DNA of 24,254 nucleotides from a virus (Duplodnaviria; Heunggongvirae; Uroviricota; Caudoviricetes). The stretch covers positions 1 through 24,254 of the IMG/VR virus record IMGVR_UViG_2734482781_000007. One strand, 5' to 3'. This document shows, one piece after another, positions 1 through 6,272 of this stretch. Every line of letters starts with the position of its first letter. Positions within the stretch are counted from its first letter, which is position 1. A program made the position numbers and the translations under genes. The notes beneath the pieces are model-generated. The model made no database searches and had not been told where the DNA came from. It saw only the letters and a list, made by a program, of their open reading frames with translations.

Positions 1-1032
1 TTATGGGCAATATCTGGACAACTCAGCCACAGGATTAAAGCGCACAGCATCCTGCAGATAATCCGGTGCAAAATGGGCATAAGTCATCGTCTGCTGAATA
101 GTGCTATGCCCAAGTATTCTCTGCAAAGTGATGATATTCCCACCATTAATCATGAAGTGAGTGGAAAAGGTATGCCGCAAAACATGTATCGACTGCCCTT
201 CAGGAAGATCGGGCCTCACCTTTCTGATAGCAGCTCTGACAGCGGCATAACTTGGATAAATTAAACGACCAGTGGCCTTTGTTTTAATCATGCACTCCAG
301 TTCTGACGATATAGGTATAACGCGACGCTTCCCATTTTTGGTTTCCATAAAAATGACTTTGCCGCTAATAACATGCTCCCCCTTGATATTTGCAACCTCA
401 CTCCATCTTCCACCTGTTGCCAGACACAACAAGACAGCTTTTAATTCATCACCAGATAACAACTCCAGTAATCGTGGAATATCCTCATGATACAAATAAG
501 CCATTTCAGGCTGTTTGATATTAAGTTTTTTCACATCATGAAACGGATTAGCCCCAGAATATTCCTCTGCGTCAATTAGTTTTGTGAAGAAACCACTCAT
601 CATTGCGCAATAACGATTAACCGTGGATTGTTTTATTCCGCGGTTAAGCAACAATAACCGATAATTAATTATGTTCTTACGAGTAAGTTGGTCGCTGCGT
701 GTAACATTAATACTTTCAAGATCACTAATGACCGCAGAAATACGCACTCGCTCCATCGCACCGTAAGGATGATTTTTCCCGTGGTATAGCCACCAACAAT
801 CCAGCAACTCCCTCAGCGAGCGCCGTTCTGTTGGCTTATCAACCCAGTCTTTGTCGTGGTAATGCTGCAATACATGACGCTCATACAAAACAGCCTCACC
901 ACGAGTATCAAATCGCCGCCTGAATCTTTTTCCTTCTGATCCAGCTGGCCGCACGTCCACACAGAATTTGCCATTAGCGAGCTTCTTAATCGACATAAGG
1001 AAGCCCTCCAATGAAAACATCATCTTGATCAC
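1..1032 (-). CDS. int: Tyrosine-type site-specific integrase (P2 Int-like)
   Basis: 343-aa ORF with C-terminal catalytic box HVLRHTFSTHFMINGGNIITLQRILGHSTIQQTMTYAHF (R..HxxR..Y); first gene of the leftward operon after the repressor; stop codon at positions 1-3. Start may be one of the internal Met codons near the N-terminus. Confidence 0.9.
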   Translation of the reverse strand: MIKMMFSLEGFLMSIKKLANGKFCVDVRPAGSEGKRFRRRFDTRGEAVLYERHVLQHYHDKDWVDKPTERRSLRELLDCWWLYHGKNHPYGAMERVRISAVISDLESINVTRSDQLTRKNIINYRLLLLNRGIKQSTVNRYCAMMSGFFTKLIDAEEYSGANPFHDVKKLNIKQPEMAYLYHEDIPRLLELLSGDELKAVLLCLATGGRWSEVANIKGEHVISGKVIFMETKNGKRRVIPISSELECMIKTKATGRLIYPSYAAVRAAIRKVRPDLPEGQSIHVLRHTFSTHFMINGGNIITLQRILGHSTIQQTMTYAHFAPDYLQDAVRFNPVAELSRYCP

Positions 1033-1062
1033 AGCTCTGGGAAATAAATGCCTGGTGAACCG

Positions 1063-1362
1063 TTAACCAGTCTTCTTGCCGGAGCGGGATGATTCCGCTT
1101 CGCCTTGCCCAATGTGTGCGAGAGCCGGTACAACCTGCCCGGCCTTGGGTTCAACTTCATCAAACAAAAACCAGTCGCGGTACTTACGGAACATGGGGGC
1201 TTTCAGAAGCTTTTTTGTTGACTCAAGGTTGGGTTCATTTCGTCCTTGCTCATATTGCCTTAATGCAGCAAGAGTAAGCCCAGTAATCTCTGCCATTTTT
1301 TCTTGTGTAAGCATTTCTGACTTCCGCATGATGCGAATTTTCATAGCTACGGTAGTTGACAT
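1063..1362 (-). CDS. C: Immunity repressor, P2 C-like
   Basis: 99-aa ORF; N-terminal HTH-like segment (MRKSEMLTQEKMAEITGLTLAALRQYEQGRNEP) and C-terminal PALAHIGQ...SGKKTG resemble P2 C as recalled; divergent from the cox-like gene, immediately upstream of int. Confidence 0.8.
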   Translation of the reverse strand: MSTTVAMKIRIMRKSEMLTQEKMAEITGLTLAALRQYEQGRNEPNLESTKKLLKAPMFRKYRDWFLFDEVEPKAGQVVPALAHIGQGEAESSRSGKKTG

Positions 1363-1470
1363 AGTAAGTTAACTCACTTAGTTTATACATCAATTAACAC
1401 ACAACGAATTGCGCTAACTAGTTCTAAATGGTGCTAGTTAGAAGAAAGCACCAATAGCGGAGGATATCAG
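1363..1470. promoter_or_regulatory. Immunity switch intergenic region (expected face-to-face early/repressor promoters and operators)
   Basis: 108-bp gap between divergent C and cox-like genes; TTGACA at 1355-1360; palindrome AACTAGTT and a second CTAGTT copy 15 bp away (1417-1438); strong GGAGGA Shine-Dalgarno at 1458-1463. Promoter positions are not resolved. Confidence 0.5.
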
Positions 1471-1896
1471 ATGCAAGAAAGCACTCAAAACGCGCCTGAG
1501 TCACTTTGCGGAACACGATGCGATCACCTGTCAGAAATGCCAGAGGGGGAGCATCAAAAAACAGGACGCAAAGCACGTGAACGTGAAGAAATTCGACTTT
1601 CAGAAAATCCCTCGCATCTCCTGTCAAAAGAAGGATTTGCGATGTATATCGGAAAGACCGTTGATGCCATCGTAAGCATGGCCAAAGCAGGAAAGCTACC
1701 TGCGGTGTATATGGCGGACCCTCTTAAACCAGGCGGAAACGCTGAACTCTACATCAACAGAAAAGCGTGGGATGAAGCATGCGATCGCCTCATCGAAAAC
1801 GCACCTCAGGAATGGCACGACTGGGAAAGCCGTCTGTTTTTGTTTAAGCCAACAAGTGGCAGACGAAACAGAAATATCAGCGGTAAAGCAGCATAA
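1471..1896 (+). CDS. cox: Cox-like excisionase/early-switch protein (start uncertain)
   Basis: First rightward gene opposite C; internal segment FAMYIGKTVDAIVSMAKAGKLPAVYMADP resembles the HTH region of P2 Cox as recalled. ORF is 141 aa from ATG 1471 (good SD), longer than P2 Cox; in-frame ATGs at 1537 and 1642 are alternative starts. Confidence 0.55.
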   Translation: MQESTQNAPESLCGTRCDHLSEMPEGEHQKTGRKAREREEIRLSENPSHLLSKEGFAMYIGKTVDAIVSMAKAGKLPAVYMADPLKPGGNAELYINRKAWDEACDRLIENAPQEWHDWESRLFLFKPTSGRRNRNISGKAA

Positions 1897-1933
1897 CTCA
1901 AACCATAATTCATTTTAGGCGGAGTATTTTGAT

Positions 1934-2284
1934 ATGAAGGAACGGCGCAATTCTTCACAGCCGCGCTTCCGCAACGGTGCGGAACGCCACGCTAACCGTT
2001 TCGCTACCAGTGCATCACGTAGCAACTCTCGCTACAGCATGAGCGAAACACACGCAACGCCGGATGGCTACCCAGTAAAACAAATCGGCGAGCATACCTG
2101 GCTGATTGAGAAAGCTGGAATTGTGGTCCACAAATGCCCACGCAATCCGTTTACCGGAAACCGCATTTTTGCATTGAGCTGCGGCGACAATCAGTTCGGA
2201 CAGGATTTTACATTGTACGAAGCGCTACGCACGGTTGACCGCTTAATTGCAGGACGTAGTTTTCAGCATCCACGGGGGAATTAA
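1934..2284 (+). CDS. Hypothetical early protein
   Basis: 116-aa ORF with GGCGGAG upstream of the ATG; basic Arg/Ser-rich N-terminus followed by a likely folded domain; position equivalent to the small P2 early ORFs. Confidence 0.5.
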   Translation: MKERRNSSQPRFRNGAERHANRFATSASRSNSRYSMSETHATPDGYPVKQIGEHTWLIEKAGIVVHKCPRNPFTGNRIFALSCGDNQFGQDFTLYEALRTVDRLIAGRSFQHPRGN

Positions 2285-2287
2285 CCA

Positions 2288-2431
2288 ATGGCAACAACGA
2301 CAAAAAACATGGTAGAGATAGCCTCGGCCTACACTCTTATCATACACCGACTCATAGATAATAATGCCCGTGATGCATTAAATACGGTGAAACCTTTATC
2401 GGAAGCAAAAAGCGATACTATCAGCGGATAA
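2288..2431 (+). CDS. Small hypothetical protein (47 aa); same frame continues past a single TAA
   Basis: ATG at 2288 with GGGGGA upstream; translation MATTTKNMVEIASAYTLIIHRLIDNNARDALNTVKPLSEAKSDTISG; 36 further sense codons follow the TAA in frame (to 2542). Confidence 0.3.
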   Translation: MATTTKNMVEIASAYTLIIHRLIDNNARDALNTVKPLSEAKSDTISG

Positions 2432-2562
2432 AAGTCACTACAGGAATGCGCACGCTATGCAGGTGATCACGCCGCATACATGGCCATTAACGATGCAATT
2501 GAGCGCATTGAATCAGGTAAACCATTAAGAGATTTTGTTTAATTGTTTTCCGGGAAAATACA

Positions 2563-2805
2563 ATGGGCAAAGAATATAAAACTCTCATTAACAAAGCACT
2601 TGAGCGTTTTTATTTTCGCTTAAGTGCATCAGGCGCTCATGCTGAACGTGCAGCCCGTGACTCATTGACCAGGGCAATCCGGAGTCTGTATGACGTGGCT
2701 TTTTACGCTGATGATCTGGATGCACTTAACGAACTTTCCGAGCTGATCTGTGCCGCAGAATGCGGGGAACATATTGAACCGTATAAGCTGGGGAATATCG
2801 CATGA
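2563..2805 (+). CDS. Hypothetical early protein
   Basis: 80-aa ORF in the rightward operon; stop overlaps the next start (ATGA at 2802-2805). Confidence 0.5.
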   Translation: MGKEYKTLINKALERFYFRLSASGAHAERAARDSLTRAIRSLYDVAFYADDLDALNELSELICAAECGEHIEPYKLGNIA

Positions 2806-2915
2806 GTATATTTATCTCGTGGCTTGTTCTGATTATTTCGGTGATCTGCGCTATTGGCATTATGCGAATTATTCATTCAGTGAAAAAGATTGAGCGTTTT
2901 TTCTCTGACGAATAA
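2802..2915 (+). CDS. Small hydrophobic peptide (37 aa, single predicted TM helix)
   Basis: ATG overlaps the upstream stop; translation MSIFISWLVLIISVICAIGIMRIIHSVKKIERFFSDE with a hydrophobic core and charged tail. Confidence 0.3.
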   Translation: MSIFISWLVLIISVICAIGIMRIIHSVKKIERFFSDE

Positions 2916-3008
2916 CAGCACAAATAAAACACCAGATTAAATAAGAAAACGTGAAAACCATCCGAATTAACGGAGGCATTCACACACGTAAATAATGGAG
3001 ATACAAAA

Positions 3009-3419
3009 ATGAACGCAAAAGAAAAAGGCATTATAACTGCGCTAAAAAATATATCGGAGACCGCAAACAGAGCCATTCAGGATGCAACAAATGCAGGAAT
3101 GATTGGGCCTGCCACCACAGCCATGATGATAGCAAGAGTAACCGCCGAAGCAGCCGAAATTATCGAAAAACAGGATGCTGAACTAACGGTTCTCAGAACA
3201 CAACCAGTCACCGAACTGGATTTGTCTAACACCGGACGCCTTATTTACACAATTGGCTCGGAGCCACAGCAATACACCATTATCGTCGGATTACAGGATA
3301 AATACCTGATCACTCCTCACCCCATAAGGGAATCAGAAATTCTGACAAATCTCCGCCTGATAGAGCGCTCTCAAGTCGCATTCATTGATGACGCACAGCG
3401 CACCGTATTTAACGCATAG
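3009..3419 (+). CDS. Hypothetical early protein
   Basis: 136-aa ORF on the operon strand with GGAG a few bases upstream of the ATG; no family recognised. Confidence 0.5.
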   Translation: MNAKEKGIITALKNISETANRAIQDATNAGMIGPATTAMMIARVTAEAAEIIEKQDAELTVLRTQPVTELDLSNTGRLIYTIGSEPQQYTIIVGLQDKYLITPHPIRESEILTNLRLIERSQVAFIDDAQRTVFNA

Positions 3420-3442
3420 GGTTACTGGACAAAGGGGGCGCA

Positions 3443-3646
3443 ATGGCAATTAAGCGTTTTTCCGTCATTCGTTTCACATCCAGAGGGCGTGAATACGAGG
3501 TTGACGAACGGCTGATTAAAACGCTCGACCGTCACCGTTCGCAACCTGACGCGCATCACATTTACCTCACTGACGACACTTACTTCTGCGCCACCAACGT
3601 GGTGCAGGTGAATCTTATCAAACAGGTACAGGAGTCACGCAGATGA
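3443..3646 (+). CDS. Hypothetical early protein
   Basis: 67-aa ORF with AAGGGGG SD-like sequence upstream; stop overlaps the next start. Confidence 0.45.
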   Translation: MAIKRFSVIRFTSRGREYEVDERLIKTLDRHRSQPDAHHIYLTDDTYFCATNVVQVNLIKQVQESRR

Positions 3647-3888
3647 CCATTCTGGACTACATCACAGCCAATCCGGGTTGTAGCGGTGGAGAAATCGCCG
3701 CCGCGCTGAATACCCCAACCACAGCCATTAATGCTGAGTTGCGCCGACTCTGGCGTGACGGCTTAGTCATCAGAGAAGAGCGCAAAACAGGCGGTCGGTT
3801 CTCTTACCAAGTAAACCCGATGCCGTTCGGGTGTGGCAACCCACTTACTCACATGTTTAACCAGCTACTGAAGGAAGCCAGAGCATGA
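3643..3888 (+). CDS. Putative winged-helix DNA-binding protein
   Basis: 81-aa ORF; GGEIAAALNTPTTAINAELRRLWRDGLVIREERKTGGRFSYQV has the helix-turn-helix plus beta-hairpin wing pattern of MarR/ArsR-like domains. Confidence 0.45.
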   Translation: MTILDYITANPGCSGGEIAAALNTPTTAINAELRRLWRDGLVIREERKTGGRFSYQVNPMPFGCGNPLTHMFNQLLKEARA

Positions 3889-4184
3889 GCACCATCAACC
3901 ACCAGGAACTACGCGAACTGGCAACTGACCTGCAACGAATGGCAACGCATCAAAAATTACTGGCGTTTCGCGCAATGCTCTCGCCGTCTGCTGTGCTGGC
4001 ACTGCTGGATGAGCTGGAGCACGCCAGAACCATAGCTCCAGCCATTCGCCTGACGCTCCATCATGAAATCGCCGATTTCTGCGCAACGCTGGGTTCACCT
4101 TGCGAACCGGAAACACCGGAAGCAATACAGCGCGAGTTATTACAACGCATCAATAACGTTTTTGATTTTTTCCTTGACCAGTAA
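3885..4184 (+). CDS. Hypothetical early protein (helical; possibly Ead/Ea22-like)
   Basis: 99-aa ORF overlapping the previous stop; helical, Leu/Ala-rich; the family suggestion is from memory only. Confidence 0.4.
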   Translation: MSTINHQELRELATDLQRMATHQKLLAFRAMLSPSAVLALLDELEHARTIAPAIRLTLHHEIADFCATLGSPCEPETPEAIQRELLQRINNVFDFFLDQ

Positions 4185-4195
4185 GGGATCGCAGC

Positions 4196-4399
4196 ATGAA
4201 CAAAAAGACCTGGTTTCGCGCATACATGTGGGCGCTGGTATGCGTCCTCGTTTCTCTCATTCTGTATGCAGGACTACTCCCCCGAATGATTTCATCAGAC
4301 AGCTCCTTCCTGGTATTGCTGGGCATTTTCATTGCCATGCTGTACCCGGCAGGCGTTGTTCGCCTTTTCAGTAAGTACATCAAGGAAATCAAACAATGA
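4196..4399 (+). CDS. Small inner-membrane protein (two predicted TM helices), partner of the SPFH gene
   Basis: 67-aa ORF with hydrophobic stretches WALVCVLVSLILYAGLL and FLVLLGIFIAMLYPAGVV; stop overlaps the SPFH start (ATGA at 4396-4399). Confidence 0.5.
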   Translation: MNKKTWFRAYMWALVCVLVSLILYAGLLPRMISSDSSFLVLLGIFIAMLYPAGVVRLFSKYIKEIKQ

Positions 4400-5226
4400 A
4401 GAAACTCAAACTCTTTCAGATTATCCCGCTTTTTGCCGCCATCCTGCTGGTTGGTTGCGATCGCGTTGAGCCAGGTAATGTGGGCATCAAAGTCAACAAA
4501 CTGGGCGACGACAAAGGCGTCGGCGAAGTGGTTGGCGTTGGCCGCTACTGGACTGGCTGGAATACCGAGGTTTACATCTTCCCGACCTTCAAACAAATGA
4601 AGACCTACGATGAGCCGTTCAGCTTCCAGATGAGTGACGGCACAACCATCGGCTATCACATCGGTGTGGCCTACAAGGTTGATCCATCCAAAGTTACTAC
4701 AGTGTTTCAGACCTACCGCAAAGGCGTGGATGACATTACCGACACTGACCTGCGCCAGAAGATCGCCGATGCACTCAACCGACTGGCCAGCAAAATGACC
4801 ACCGACAAATTTATCGACGGCGGGAAATCTGAACTACTGGATGCAGCCCTTAAAGACATTCAGGAGGAAATGACACCCATCGGTATTCAGGTAATGAGCC
4901 TCTCATATGTGGGTAAGCCGGAGTACCCGTCAACCGTTATCGACAGCATTAATGCCAAAGTCACGGCAAACCAGAAAACCCTGCAACGCGAACAGGAAGT
5001 CAAGCAACGCGAAGCAGAAGCCAACATGTTGCGCGCAGAAGCTGCCGGACAGGCTGATGCCATTCGCACAAAAGCCCAGGCTGAAGCCGACGCCATTCGT
5101 TTACGCGGTGAAGCTCTGCGCCAGAATCCCGGCGTTATGGAGCTGGAAGCAATCAACAAATGGAACGGCACGCTGCCGCAATACATGACCAGCAACACCG
5201 CTGTTCCGTTTGTTCCGGTGAAGTAA
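4396..5226 (+). CDS. SPFH/band-7 (stomatin/flotillin/HflK-C-like) lipoprotein
   Basis: 276-aa ORF; signal peptide with lipobox LLVGC; SPFH-type core; C-terminal Ala/Glu/Gln-rich coiled coil (QREQEVKQREAEANMLRAEAAGQADAIRTKAQAEADAIRLRGEALRQ). Confidence 0.75.
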   Translation: MKKLKLFQIIPLFAAILLVGCDRVEPGNVGIKVNKLGDDKGVGEVVGVGRYWTGWNTEVYIFPTFKQMKTYDEPFSFQMSDGTTIGYHIGVAYKVDPSKVTTVFQTYRKGVDDITDTDLRQKIADALNRLASKMTTDKFIDGGKSELLDAALKDIQEEMTPIGIQVMSLSYVGKPEYPSTVIDSINAKVTANQKTLQREQEVKQREAEANMLRAEAAGQADAIRTKAQAEADAIRLRGEALRQNPGVMELEAINKWNGTLPQYMTSNTAVPFVPVK

Positions 5227-5232
5227 TTAAAC

Positions 5233-5257
5233 CCGGCCAGTGAAAATCGCTGGCCGG
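5233..5257 (+). terminator. Stem-loop just after the SPFH gene (8-bp stem CCGGCCAG/CTGGCCGG, 9-nt loop); T-run lies 13 nt downstream
   Basis: Perfect inverted repeat at 5233-5240 and 5250-5257; T7 run at 5271-5277 is too distant for a canonical intrinsic terminator. Confidence 0.35.
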
Positions 5258-5394
5258 AGCAGTATCAGGATTTTTTTAGTATGCCGTTCTCACAAAAAAA
5301 CCGCTTGCCATGCCGCAATCAGTCAGGTTACATTTCCGTTGCATCTCATAAAACGGGTGCCGGGTTTCGCAGCCTGCTGATCAACAAAGCGCAC

Positions 5395-5415
5395 AACCGC
5401 GCCAGCGGTTTTTTT
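5395..5415 (+). terminator. Rho-independent terminator-like hairpin (AACCGC-GCCA-GCGGTT followed by TTTTT)
   Basis: 6-bp stem, 4-nt loop, immediate T-run, in the roughly 370-bp non-coding gap after the SPFH cassette. Confidence 0.5.
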
Positions 5416-5597
5416 GTGCGTACCGCATTGCCGCACATTTTTTCGCATCAGAATTATGGTGGGGCGTACGGGGCCGACTTCGGTCGGGCCGGGTTTTCTT
5501 TGTTGACCGGTACTGCGAACCTCGTACGTCTCGCCACCCACAGTTTCGCAGCTCTGGATGGTGAGTATTCAAAACTTACCAACAAAGAGGCCACACC

Positions 5598-5828
5598 ATG
5601 GCAAACCGCAAACAGCACCGCACTATCGCGGAGCGTCGTCACATCCAGACTGAAATCGATCGCAGACTCACCCGCGCTGCACACATCGCCTTTATCATGC
5701 AATCCAACACATTGCACAGACTCAACAACACTATTTCAGCCGACTACTGCGCCGCTGTATTCAGCTATCTGGCGGAAGACCTCCTGTCTCTTCAGGATCT
5801 CATCCAGCAGCAAAACAAACTCCATTAA
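5598..5828 (+). CDS. Hypothetical early protein
   Basis: 76-aa ORF with AAAGAGG SD upstream of the ATG; basic N-terminus (MANRKQHRTIAERRHIQTEIDRRLTR). Confidence 0.5.
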   Translation: MANRKQHRTIAERRHIQTEIDRRLTRAAHIAFIMQSNTLHRLNNTISADYCAAVFSYLAEDLLSLQDLIQQQNKLH

Positions 5829-5900
5829 TTCCTGTTCCGGGCCTTTCCTGCACCTTGCGGCGGGAGGCCTTCGCACATCTGTAACAAGAGGATTGCCGCA

Positions 5901-6266
5901 ATGATTCTCGCCAACGACTTTCTTGAATACCTGCTCAACACAGAGCGTGATCTTGCCGTTCGCGTGCGTGACCGTTATGACATGTACCTGAAATCCCTGC
6001 CTGTACCGCAGCTCGCTGACGGAAAAATTGTTATTGATGGCCGCTACATGATTGACAGCCACGAGGGAAATTACAGGCTTTACCGCATTGAAGGCGGCAC
6101 CCCGTCCGTTATTGGCATTTACCAGCGCCCATCCTCTGCGATCGTCGATGTGATTGCAGACAGCATCCGCATCACACATCACTATGCCGACACAGAAGAC
6201 ACCGTGCTGGAAATTCAGCGGCTGGCTACCGTCTGCCGCGACACCCTGAATGGCATGACGAAGTAA
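5901..6266 (+). CDS. Hypothetical early protein immediately upstream of A
   Basis: 121-aa ORF with AGAGGA SD-like sequence upstream; directly followed by the A gene. Confidence 0.5.
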   Translation: MILANDFLEYLLNTERDLAVRVRDRYDMYLKSLPVPQLADGKIVIDGRYMIDSHEGNYRLYRIEGGTPSVIGIYQRPSSAIVDVIADSIRITHHYADTEDTVLEIQRLATVCRDTLNGMTK

Positions 6267-6272
6267 ATCACT

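Noticed and set aside
5281-5904. 207-aa plus-strand ORF over the SPFH-to-A spacer
   Set aside because: Reads through two terminator-like hairpins and overlaps the better-supported 76-aa gene in another frame; Ser/Thr/Ala-rich with no domain features and no SD before its ATG.
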